This document shows positions 19,623-28,380 of a stretch of DNA of 64,000 nt, in pieces. The stretch comes from Rhodospirillales bacterium (GTDB lineage Bacteria; Pseudomonadota; Alphaproteobacteria; Rhodospirillales; Magnetospirillaceae). The translations under genes and the position numbers were made by a program. Within the stretch, counting starts at the first letter, position 1. Each line of letters begins with the position of its first letter. The stretch is taken from assembly GCA_014379805.1 (NCBI GenBank), contig JACMLB010000038.1, positions 17,477 through 81,476 on the forward strand, given 5' to 3'. The notes under the pieces are model-generated. The model made no database searches, was not told the DNA's origin, and saw only the letters and a program-made list of their open reading frames with translations.

Positions 19623-21173
19623 CTATTTCAGCAGGGTGTTCAGGAACTTCATCAGCGGAATCTTCTCGACCGAGCGGCGATGGCCGACGATGCCCACCTT
19701 GATGGCGCCGGCAGCGTTGCCGATGAAGGTCAGTTGATCCATGCGGCCACCGGCGGCGGCCAGCGGTGCCGTCACCGCGAAGAATGCATCTCCCGCACCC
19801 ACGGTGTCCACCACCTGCTTGGTGAAAGCCGGGGCGTGGACCAGACCCTTGTCGCGCTCATAGCCCACACAGCCGTTCTTGCCGTGGGTCACGATCATGC
19901 GCGGGCAGTCGATGCGGTCGGGCAGCAATTGGCTGGCGACGTCCTCGATTTCGCTGCTGCGGTCCGATACGGCCAGCCGCGCCTCGGGGGCGTCGATGCA
20001 GATGAAATCCGCCCGAGGATATTTGGTGATCAGGTTGAAGCCCATATTGGCGCTGTTGGACTGGGCGTTCACCGCCAGGAAGCGCGAATGCTCCTGCAAG
20101 GTGGCGACCATGGAGGGCGACAGCAGGCCGTGGCCGAAATCGGTGACGATCACCACGTCGAACTCGTCGGCGCGGTCGGCGATGATGCGGTCGATGTCGC
20201 TTTCCAGCGCCGCCGAGGTGGGCGTGTCGTCCATGTAATACACTTCGAAGAGCTTGCGCAGATAACTCTTGTCGATGTAGCGCGCCTTGCGGGTGGTGGG
20301 CGCGCCGGGACGGTGGAAGGCGTGCAGCTTGACGTTGGGCTTCAGCGACGACCGGATCAGGCCTTCGTATTCGCAGCCTTCGCCGATGGTGGTGACGATC
20401 TCGACCTCGCGGCAGAAATCCGCCACGTGGTTGGCGGCGGCGAACACACCGCCGGCGAACACTTCACGGTCGCCGAACAGGGTGGCGATCATGTGTTCCT
20501 TGGGCGACTTGCCCATGGCCGAGACGTAATTGTAATCGTCGATGATGGCGTCGCCGATCATCAGGATGCGGTAGTCCTTGATGCGGTCCAGCAGCTCGGA
20601 CAGCTCGCCCAGCACATCTTTCTCGCGCTGGGATTCCAGGAACTCATCCAGGGTCGGGTCGAACACCGACAAATGCCGGTTGATCAGATGCGACGAGGAA
20701 TATTGCACTTCGTCGGTGAAGCACAGGGTGCCGCCATGGGATTCCACGGCGGTGCGCTCGGTGACGATGCCGCCGGTGATGTCGTCCTTGGCGTCGCGGT
20801 AATCCTGGCCCTTGGCATAGACCGTGGGCTTGACCGCGTGGATGGACGGCAGGGCGGTCGCGTCGTGAACGATGCCCACATAATCGACGAATTCCAGCGC
20901 GCCCAGCATCTCGGCGCGCATGTGCTCGGAAAACACCGGGCGGCCGGGGCCCTTGTTCACGAAGGCATCGGCGGTGATGGTGACGATCAGCACGCTGCCG
21001 TTGCGCTTGGCTTGGCGCAGGTGACGCAGATGACCGATATGCAGCAGGTCGAAGGTGCCGTGGGCCAGGACCACGGTCTCGCCGGCGGCGCGCAGCTTCT
21101 GCGCCACGCGGCCAAGGTCATCCATGGATTTCAGCTTGGACAGCGGCGACTCGGTGGAGGTCGTGACAGTCAC
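19623..21173 (-). CDS. Bifunctional nucleotidyltransferase / PfkB kinase (HldE-like, reversed domain order)
   Basis: N-terminal HGTFDLLHIGH, KGPGRP, KGQDY; C-terminal DTVGAGD PfkB motif. Confidence 0.9.
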   Translation of the reverse strand: MTVTTSTESPLSKLKSMDDLGRVAQKLRAAGETVVLAHGTFDLLHIGHLRHLRQAKRNGSVLIVTITADAFVNKGPGRPVFSEHMRAEMLGALEFVDYVGIVHDATALPSIHAVKPTVYAKGQDYRDAKDDITGGIVTERTAVESHGGTLCFTDEVQYSSSHLINRHLSVFDPTLDEFLESQREKDVLGELSELLDRIKDYRILMIGDAIIDDYNYVSAMGKSPKEHMIATLFGDREVFAGGVFAAANHVADFCREVEIVTTIGEGCEYEGLIRSSLKPNVKLHAFHRPGAPTTRKARYIDKSYLRKLFEVYYMDDTPTSAALESDIDRIIADRADEFDVVIVTDFGHGLLSPSMVATLQEHSRFLAVNAQSNSANMGFNLITKYPRADFICIDAPEARLAVSDRSSEIEDVASQLLPDRIDCPRMIVTHGKNGCVGYERDKGLVHAPAFTKQVVDTVGAGDAFFAVTAPLAAAGGRMDQLTFIGNAAGAIKVGIVGHRRSVEKIPLMKFLNTLLK

Positions 21174-22165
21174 CTTTCGGCTCCCAAATAGCGGAACCAG
21201 TCGGCGGTCGCCTCGCGGATCGCGTCAGGCTCCCACACCGGGGCTTCGCGCCAGTATTCGATGTTCTCCAACATCTTGGCGACGCCTTCCTCCAGCGACA
21301 CGGTCGGCTTCCAGCCCAGTACGCTGGAAATGCGCGAAGTGTCGGCGAAGGTGCAGTCGGGCTCGCCCGGACGCTTGGGGATATAGGTGATGGGGCCACC
21401 CAGCAACTGGACCAGCTTATTGACGCTGTAGGTGTTGCCCGAGCCCACATTCATGCACTGGCCGACCGCGTCCGATTTGGCGGCGGTGACCACTGCGTCC
21501 ACCACGTCGGTGACGAAGGTGAAGTCGCGGGTCTGGGTGCCGTCGCCAACCACGGTGAACGGCTTGCCGGCCAGCTTCTGCGCCAGGAACACGCCGAACA
21601 CGGCGCCATAAGTGCCGTTGGTGCGGGCGCGCGGTCCATAGACGTTGAAGAAGCGCAGCGACAGCGCCGGCAACCCGTAGGTGGAGGCCCAATGCATCAC
21701 ATATTGTTCGCCCACATATTTGGTCAGGGCGTAGGGATACATGGGACGCTTGTCGGCGTCCTCAGGCGTGGGGGTCACGTCGGGGATGCCGTAGCACGAC
21801 GACGAGGCGGCGTAGACGAAACGCTTCACCCCAGCCGCACGCGCCGCTTCCAGCACCGAGATAGTGCCGTCCACATTGGCCTGATGATAGGGGAACGGGT
21901 GCTGGATCGACGGCACGATGTCGGCCAGCGCAGCCAGATGGAACACCCAATCCACGCCTTCGAACAGCGGGGCGATAGTCCGCTGGTCGGCTACATCGGC
22001 GACATGAAGTTGGAAGTTGGGGTTCTTGCGCGCGTCCGCCAGATTGATATTCGACCCGCAGGCCAAATTATCGATGGCAACCACTGAATGACCGTCCGCC
22101 AGAAGGCGATCGACGAGGTGACTTCCAATGAAGCCGGCCCCACCCGTGACAAGTGCTTTGACCAA
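21170..22165 (-). CDS. NAD-dependent epimerase/dehydratase (extended SDR)
   Basis: TGGAGFIGSH, YALTK, RFFNVYGPR, GDGTQTRDF; TTG start. Confidence 0.92.
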   Translation of the reverse strand: MVKALVTGGAGFIGSHLVDRLLADGHSVVAIDNLACGSNINLADARKNPNFQLHVADVADQRTIAPLFEGVDWVFHLAALADIVPSIQHPFPYHQANVDGTISVLEAARAAGVKRFVYAASSSCYGIPDVTPTPEDADKRPMYPYALTKYVGEQYVMHWASTYGLPALSLRFFNVYGPRARTNGTYGAVFGVFLAQKLAGKPFTVVGDGTQTRDFTFVTDVVDAVVTAAKSDAVGQCMNVGSGNTYSVNKLVQLLGGPITYIPKRPGEPDCTFADTSRISSVLGWKPTVSLEEGVAKMLENIEYWREAPVWEPDAIREATADWFRYLGAER

Positions 22166-22194
22166 TAGCTTTGCCTCTAGTTCACCACCGGGCG

Positions 22195-22223
22195 GTTATA
22201 TCCGATGGAGTGACGGGGTGGAA
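22195..22223 (-). promoter_or_regulatory. Candidate internal sigma70-type promoter
   Basis: Minus strand TTCCAC-N17-TATAAC in the 79-bp gap upstream of the SDR gene. Confidence 0.4.
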
Positions 22224-22244
22224 GCTTTTACGCAAGCTGTTCGA

Positions 22245-23462
22245 TCAGGGCACGAACTCGGGATGACGGCGCAGGAAGCTGGCGGCAAAACGGGCTTTCA
22301 GGGGGCCGCCCAGCTCTAGCGGGATGCTGGCGTAAAGCTGTTCGATTCTGGTCTGGCGGGCCTGATCCTCGGGGCTGTCGATCCAGCTGCCGTCCAATCG
22401 CCCTAAGGCTTCCACCGCAAAATCGGCGATTTCCTCGGCGGTGTCGTCCTCGATGCGCAGGCCGTGGGTGCGGGCATAATCGGGCCAGCGCGACGGGCTT
22501 GGCGGGCCGCCGTCATGGGCCAGCAGCTCGGGCAATGACAGCAGGCGGTTCTCGGCCTCGACCACATATTTCTTGGGCATCACCAGACCGCCCCACGAAT
22601 GCAGGATGCGCACATTGAACAGATTGGCGACAGCCGCAGGGCGGCGGAACATGAAGGTCAGATCGCACAGGCCGGTGGTATCGGACAGGGTCATATGGGC
22701 GTGCGAGATCAGGTACAGGTCCAGCAGTTCCGAGCGGAAGGTGTTGGCGTAATCGATGACGCGTTCATGGGGCATGCCGATGTTTTCATCCACCACCGCG
22801 CCCATGCGGAAGCACCAAAAGCCCCGCTGCGCCAATTCCGCCGCCGCCGGCAGGAAGGTGTGGATGGATGAATCGCGGATATTGGTCGTGGGAACCTCAC
22901 CCTGGGCGCGGATTTCGCCGCCCTTGTGCAGGTGCTGCAAATAGCTGCTGGTGCGCGAGAAAAAGCAGATGAAGGGTGCATCCGCCGGCATGCCGGTGCG
23001 TTCGGTAAGGATGCGGCGCGCCTCGGCGATCTCGGCCTGGGACAGGAAGAAATGCTGCGGGGTCTGGGTGTAGGCCCGGTAATGATCGCGGGTGTAGTCC
23101 TGCTGCGGGGTGCCAAGCTGGGCCACATGGGCCGCTCCGCCGGGAAGGCGCGAATTCACCGCTTGGCAATAGCGCGCGAACGGGGTGACGTTCAGGCGCC
23201 GCTCGATCATGCGGTCCAGCACCCGGTTGGCGCGGGGCTCGGTATGGTAGAAGAAATCCACTGTGCGCCGGGCCAGACCCAGATCGCGGTCGGCCATATA
23301 ACCCTCGGCCTGCAGCGAGAAGGTGCCGATGGTGTGATTGCGCAAATTGCCGAAGCGGATCAGCACAAGCGGGCGCAGCAACCTTGCCGCCACCACGGCG
23401 ATCAGGGCTAGGCCATACAGCAGCAAGGCCGTGGGACTGCTTTTACGGGACGGACGCGACAT
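22245..23462 (-). CDS. Putative glycosyltransferase, TIGR04372-like
   Basis: RDSSIHTF...RGFWCFRMG...DYANTFRSELLDLYLIS...DTTGL pattern recalled for this family; N-terminal hydrophobic segment. Confidence 0.7.
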   Translation of the reverse strand: MSRPSRKSSPTALLLYGLALIAVVAARLLRPLVLIRFGNLRNHTIGTFSLQAEGYMADRDLGLARRTVDFFYHTEPRANRVLDRMIERRLNVTPFARYCQAVNSRLPGGAAHVAQLGTPQQDYTRDHYRAYTQTPQHFFLSQAEIAEARRILTERTGMPADAPFICFFSRTSSYLQHLHKGGEIRAQGEVPTTNIRDSSIHTFLPAAAELAQRGFWCFRMGAVVDENIGMPHERVIDYANTFRSELLDLYLISHAHMTLSDTTGLCDLTFMFRRPAAVANLFNVRILHSWGGLVMPKKYVVEAENRLLSLPELLAHDGGPPSPSRWPDYARTHGLRIEDDTAEEIADFAVEALGRLDGSWIDSPEDQARQTRIEQLYASIPLELGGPLKARFAASFLRRHPEFVP

Positions 23463-23490
23463 GGATCTTGGGTCATCCGCAATGGGGAGA

Positions 23491-23520
23491 CTCCCGGCGC
23501 GCCTAGGGCAACGCCGGGAG
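23491..23520 (-). other. Strong intergenic hairpin after the B12 radical SAM stop
   Basis: CTCCCGGCG...CGCCGGGAG 9-bp perfect stem with inner GCC/GGC pairing; no U-tract. Confidence 0.55.
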
Positions 23521-23528
23521 ATCGCACT

Positions 23529-25088
23529 TTATTCGGCAGCCCAGACCGAGCCGGGGAACAGGGTCGAAGGCTGGCCCTCCTTCAAACCACGGTTCCGCCG
23601 CCAGATTTGCTCGTACTCGTCGATGCGCTTGCGGTCCTTGTTGACCATCAGCTCGCGCAGACCCAGCAACTCGACCACATTGAAATTGTGCGAGATCACG
23701 CCGGTGATGCTGGTGGCGTCGCCCAGGGCCAGGATATAGGCCTCCAAATCGCCGCCGTACTGCGCTTCCAATTGTTTGCGGTAGGTGGTGAACCACTCCG
23801 AACCGGGATAGGGCGTGGCGAAGAACGGCTTGACCACGATGCCCAGCTTTTCCCATGCCGCCATATTCTCGCGGATGGACAGGAAGTCCTCGTTGGGGAA
23901 GCCGATGATCTGGTTGGGGATGGGCCGTATGCCGGCGTCCAGCGTCCAGAAGAAGCTGCGGATATTGGATTGCGGCGTCGCACCCTTGCCGATGGTCTTC
24001 ATGACATGGGGGGCGAAGCTCTCATAGCCGTAGACCAGATGCGAACAGCCGGCGTCGCGCATGGTCTTCAGGATGTCCTGAGTGACCAGGGTGGCATGGC
24101 TGGTGCCCGACCAATGGATGCCCTTCCAGCTGCCCTCGGGCATTCCGGGGGTCTCATCGGGATGGGGGGCAAGACCGTTCTCGCCCCACAGACGGCAGAT
24201 CTCGCTCATCCAGGTGCGGCCCGAGAACTTGTCCATGGTCATCAGGTTTTCATCAAGGAAGGTGATGAAATTGACGTTGTATTTGTCATAGACGTGCTTT
24301 GCCAAACGCACGACATATTCGGGGCTGTGGTAGCGGATGGTGCGGGTATAATTGCCCGGTACGTCGAACTGCACGGCGGTATCGCCATTTTCTTCGGTGA
24401 CGTAGCGCATGTCGCCGGCAATGCCCAGATGATAGCAGTAGCGGCAGATCAACGAGCAGCCATAGCTGACGTTCAAATCAATGCGCCGGGTCGCCAGCAT
24501 GCCTTCTTCCGAGAACAGCACCTGGCTGTTGGGGAAATAGACTTCCTCCAGCGGGAACAGATCCCACGCCGGATAGGGCAGGGAGTCCAAATCCATCAGC
24601 AAGCCGCGCTGGGGGCCGAACACGAACGCGCCATCGGCGCCACGGGAAATGGTGCCGGCGATGCTGCGCCAGTCCTTGCCCTTCTGGTCGACCATGGTCA
24701 GAATTTCGGGCAGGGTCAGGAAGGCTTCACCGATGACGCCCACATCCACCTGGGGCAAAAAGCCCATCATCTCGCGCGGCAGCGAGGTCAACACGCCGCC
24801 GCCCAGCAGGATCAGCGCATGGGGGCATTCTTCACGGGCGGCGCTGACGATGGCCTTGATGGAGCCATAGGCGGTGGTCATGCCGCCCACACCAATCACA
24901 TCCCAATCGTCGGCGTTCAGCACCTGACGCAGCACGTCCTCACCCAGGCGCCACGCATTGGCGTCATAGACCTGAACCTGATGGCCGTTTTCCATGGCAA
25001 TGGACGCCAGCAGGGCGATGCCATAGGGCACGTGCCGAGGAACGTCTTCTTCGCGGACGACGGGATTGATGAAGAGAATTTTGCTCAT
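23529..25088 (-). CDS. Cobalamin-binding radical SAM enzyme (class B methyltransferase-like)
   Basis: N-terminal ILFINP..PYGIALLAS..VYDAN..GG..GEAF B12-type domain; GCSLICRYC; YGYES; IIGFPNE; TPYPGS. Confidence 0.9.
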   Translation of the reverse strand: MSKILFINPVVREEDVPRHVPYGIALLASIAMENGHQVQVYDANAWRLGEDVLRQVLNADDWDVIGVGGMTTAYGSIKAIVSAAREECPHALILLGGGVLTSLPREMMGFLPQVDVGVIGEAFLTLPEILTMVDQKGKDWRSIAGTISRGADGAFVFGPQRGLLMDLDSLPYPAWDLFPLEEVYFPNSQVLFSEEGMLATRRIDLNVSYGCSLICRYCYHLGIAGDMRYVTEENGDTAVQFDVPGNYTRTIRYHSPEYVVRLAKHVYDKYNVNFITFLDENLMTMDKFSGRTWMSEICRLWGENGLAPHPDETPGMPEGSWKGIHWSGTSHATLVTQDILKTMRDAGCSHLVYGYESFAPHVMKTIGKGATPQSNIRSFFWTLDAGIRPIPNQIIGFPNEDFLSIRENMAAWEKLGIVVKPFFATPYPGSEWFTTYRKQLEAQYGGDLEAYILALGDATSITGVISHNFNVVELLGLRELMVNKDRKRIDEYEQIWRRNRGLKEGQPSTLFPGSVWAAE

Positions 25089-25117
25089 GGATACTGCCTT
25101 CCCAAGAACCGGTTTGC

Positions 25118-26167
25118 TCAGCTATGCGCGGTCAAGAATTCTGTCAGCGGACAGAAATTGACGCGGGGGCCGAACAAGATGCCGCCTTCTGTGCAGTTAT
25201 AGGTTTCGCATTCGGCGTCGAGCGCCATTTCCAGGAAGCATTCCCGGTACCATTGATAGGCGGGGTCACTGATGAACCACGTCTCGGTATGGGGGTTGTA
25301 GATGCGCGAGAACATGGTTCCGGCGCGATCTTCACCCACCATATCGACCACTTCGCGATAATACTGCGTGGCGCTGTAAGGCGTGCCGTCGTAATAGCCG
25401 AAATCCATGCCGGTCAAGGCGACGCGGCGCTTGCCCAACACGGCATCGGCGATCATCCACGCCGCCGAACCCACATTGCCGCCGGCATTCAGGGCGGGGA
25501 AGCCGTTCATCTCCATCAGCTTCTTGGTGTGGCTGTCCGGCTTTTCCGGATCGTCCAGCATGGGGTTCCACCAATAGATGGGCATCCCGGCTTCCAGCAC
25601 GCGCTCGACCACCGCCACCGAGGTCGAGGTGCACAGGGCGATGGGCATGGTCTTGCCGTGTTCGCGCATCAACGCGATGATTTCCGAATTGGCGCGCACT
25701 TCGTCGGCGAACACCGGATCAAGGTCCTGGCGCCGGTAGTAATCGTCCTCTTCCAGATCACGCTCGCGCAGCTTGGGATCGCCGAACCAGCGCACGATGC
25801 GGGTCGGGTGCGGGTCCAGGCTGACCACCAGATCGGGAATGATGCCATTGCGCAGGCAATGGGCGATGCCGCTGTCGGTCGAGATGACCGTGCCCGTGTA
25901 CTTGTGGTCGCGTAGCAGAACCGCCGGGTTCTGCCGGCGCACGCTGGGGCCGGCGGCGACGATGACCGCGGTTTCGCTCTTGCCCATGGGGTGGCGCCGC
26001 AGCGCCGCCAAGGAATGGCCGTCGTTCTTGTATTGCAGATTGTACTGGGCGTTGCGGATGGCGTGCTCGCCAATGCGGTCCCAGGTCATCTGCTCCATGT
26101 CCGCGATCATACTGCGCACCAGGGCGCCGTCTTCGCGGATGGGACCATTAGAAGTCAAATCGGACAT
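25118..26167 (-). CDS. Maf/DUF115 (MptE-like) domain protein
   Basis: IVAAGPSV, STDSG, GIIPDLVVSLDP, GGNVG, LTGMDF, YNCTEGG. Start ATG 26167 or 26185. Confidence 0.8.
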   Translation of the reverse strand: MSDLTSNGPIREDGALVRSMIADMEQMTWDRIGEHAIRNAQYNLQYKNDGHSLAALRRHPMGKSETAVIVAAGPSVRRQNPAVLLRDHKYTGTVISTDSGIAHCLRNGIIPDLVVSLDPHPTRIVRWFGDPKLRERDLEEDDYYRRQDLDPVFADEVRANSEIIALMREHGKTMPIALCTSTSVAVVERVLEAGMPIYWWNPMLDDPEKPDSHTKKLMEMNGFPALNAGGNVGSAAWMIADAVLGKRRVALTGMDFGYYDGTPYSATQYYREVVDMVGEDRAGTMFSRIYNPHTETWFISDPAYQWYRECFLEMALDAECETYNCTEGGILFGPRVNFCPLTEFLTAHS

Positions 26168-26205
26168 CCCTTCTTTTGCGGGCATTGGTCGTGCCGGGCG
26201 ATCAG

Positions 26206-26376
26206 TTACTTGCTGTCGTCGGTCCAGGCAACCCGCTTCTTCGAAACATAGGCAACCGAGCCGCCCAAACGGGCCTTGGCGGTCCGCTCGAACTTCTCTT
26301 CAAGGGTCTCCGCGCTATCGGCGGCCACGGCGATCTTTTCGCGGGTGGTGAAATTACCCTTCAGAACGTCCTTCAT
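26206..26376 (-). CDS. Small 56-aa hypothetical protein (not in ORF track)
   Basis: MKDVLKGNFTTREKIAVAADSAETLEEKFERTAKARLGGSVAYVSKKRVAWTDDSK*; upstream GAAGGAAGG; fills the gap between two co-directional genes. Confidence 0.7.
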   Translation of the reverse strand: MKDVLKGNFTTREKIAVAADSAETLEEKFERTAKARLGGSVAYVSKKRVAWTDDSK

Positions 26377-26378
26377 AC

Positions 26379-27530
26379 TCAAATCCTTCCTTCATGCACC
26401 AGCGTGCGCGGGTCGCGGGCGTGATCGCCGCGCAGGGTCTGCAAAATGGTCATCGATGCCCGGATCGGATCGGGCAGAACTGCGCGCGCCTGCTGCCACA
26501 TGCGCAACGTTTCATCCGGGCTGGCGGCAGTGCGGACCAGATCGGCCAACCCGTTGCCGTCCGTCGCCAAAAGCGCCAAACCCAAAGTCGCACTCGGCGG
26601 CGTTTCCGTGCCCGTTTGGTGCGCATGGTAGCGGCGGAGATCGTCCTCCGTCAGCAGGAAAAGTGTGACGCCAAGCGGTTTACGGGCGAACCGCTGTAAA
26701 TAGGCATGATCGGTGGCGCAGGATGAAAAACACGTTACCACAACATCCGCGGCGGCAAGCGATTGTTCGGCGGTGCCGTTGGGGTCCGACACCAGATCCA
26801 CGCCCACCGCACGGAAGATATCCACCATGCGCTGCCGCTGTCCGGCATCCTCTTTGGGATGGGCACGGTAGAACACGCGGGCGTCCGGGCAGGCGGTGGC
26901 GGTGGCGGCGGCAAAGCCGGTGATGGCGCGCTCATAGCCGGGCAGGAACCACACCGGCTGACCATAGAAGCCGATGATGGTGCCGGTGCCGGTAAACGCG
27001 GCGCGACCATCGTTGCGCAGAAGGTCCAAATCCAGTTCGTCATAGGCGGCGTATTTGGCCGATCCGGCGACCACGATGCGGGCCTCGGTGGCGTTCTCGG
27101 CGGTCAAATGCTCCGCTTGTGCATCGCCGACGAAATAGGTGCCGGGGCGAAAGCCGAACCCGTCCACCACCCAGCCCGGATAGTCTTGAATGGCGTAAGT
27201 GGGGATGGTGCCGGCTTCGGCCACCAAGGCTTCGTCCACGCCGATCCCCGGCCCGGACAACCCGACCATCACCGCATCGGGGCGCAATGCCTCCAGTAGG
27301 TCGCGGGCGGCGGACCGCAATGCCGTGGCGCCAGGGCCTTCCACATGGCCGTCGGCGACGGCGGGCTCGGCAAAGCGGATGGGGTTCAAGCCGTGCTGCT
27401 CCAACAGTGACCATGCCGGGTCGTCGGCCACCACCTGAATGTCCAGATCGTTTTCCAGACGCAGTGCCGGCACGATCTCCATCATGTGGCGAGCCGCGCC
27501 CACATCCCGAGCCGATACCAACACGCGCAT
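26379..27530 (-). CDS. Hypothetical GT-B-like protein
   Basis: RDVGAA N-terminus, IQDYPG, GSAKY, YRAHPKE, ADVVVTCFSS; ATG 27530 after GAGGGGG. Confidence 0.6.
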   Translation of the reverse strand: MRVLVSARDVGAARHMMEIVPALRLENDLDIQVVADDPAWSLLEQHGLNPIRFAEPAVADGHVEGPGATALRSAARDLLEALRPDAVMVGLSGPGIGVDEALVAEAGTIPTYAIQDYPGWVVDGFGFRPGTYFVGDAQAEHLTAENATEARIVVAGSAKYAAYDELDLDLLRNDGRAAFTGTGTIIGFYGQPVWFLPGYERAITGFAAATATACPDARVFYRAHPKEDAGQRQRMVDIFRAVGVDLVSDPNGTAEQSLAAADVVVTCFSSCATDHAYLQRFARKPLGVTLFLLTEDDLRRYHAHQTGTETPPSATLGLALLATDGNGLADLVRTAASPDETLRMWQQARAVLPDPIRASMTILQTLRGDHARDPRTLVHEGRI

Positions 27531-27549
27531 GGCCAAGTCCCCCTCGCCG

Positions 27550-28380
27550 TTACCAGGCCGACAGGCCGCCATCGACGACGATGCACTGCCCGGTGACATA
27601 GGACGACGCATCCGACGCCAGATACAGCACGGTGGAGGTCATTTCATTGACTTTGGCCATGCGTCCCATGGGAACGCGGGCACCGTAGCGGCTGGTGAAG
27701 GTTTCGTTCTGGCCGCTCTCGACGCCGCCGGGGGCCAACGTGTTGACCCGGATGCCCTTATCCGCCCAATAGGCTGCCAACCAGCGGCTCAGCCCGACCA
27801 CGGCGGTCTTGCTGGCGGCATAGGCGGCGGGGTTGTTGATGGGGCTGCCCAGATATTCCGAGCCTTCATAGATGCGCTGGTCCGACGCCATCACGCCGTA
27901 GATGGACGAGGTCTGGACGATGGAGCCGCCCGTTCCCTGGGCCAGCATCTGGCGGCCCACCCGCTGGGCGACCAGGAACATGCCGTCGATATTGACGGAC
28001 ATGACCTTGCGCCACTGGTCCAGCGAATAGTCCTCGAACCGGGTGAAGAAGGACGGGAAGTCGTCGGGGAAATAGGCGGCGTTGTTGAGCAGGACGTCGA
28101 TGCCGCCGAAGACTTCCACGGTGCGTTCCACCATGGCATCCACCGATTGGACGTCGGCCACGTCGCTGACGATGGCGAGCACCCGGCCCGGATAGGCCTG
28201 CTCCAGCTCACCGGCGACCGTGGCCAAGGTCTCGGGGTTGATGTCGGCGATGGCCACATGGGCGCCGTGTTGCAGGAAGCCGGCGGCAAATTGCGGCCCC
28301 AGGATGCCGGCGCCGGCGGTGATCAGGACCCGCTTGCCGGTGAAATCGAAGGCATTGCTGCAATCGGCAAAACTGTTCAT
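27550..28380 (-). CDS. SDR oxidoreductase (PtmA-like)
   Basis: ITAGAGILG, NNAA, SSIYG, YAASK, RVNTLAPGG, VDGG. Confidence 0.88.
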   Translation of the reverse strand: MNSFADCSNAFDFTGKRVLITAGAGILGPQFAAGFLQHGAHVAIADINPETLATVAGELEQAYPGRVLAIVSDVADVQSVDAMVERTVEVFGGIDVLLNNAAYFPDDFPSFFTRFEDYSLDQWRKVMSVNIDGMFLVAQRVGRQMLAQGTGGSIVQTSSIYGVMASDQRIYEGSEYLGSPINNPAAYAASKTAVVGLSRWLAAYWADKGIRVNTLAPGGVESGQNETFTSRYGARVPMGRMAKVNEMTSTVLYLASDASSYVTGQCIVVDGGLSAW

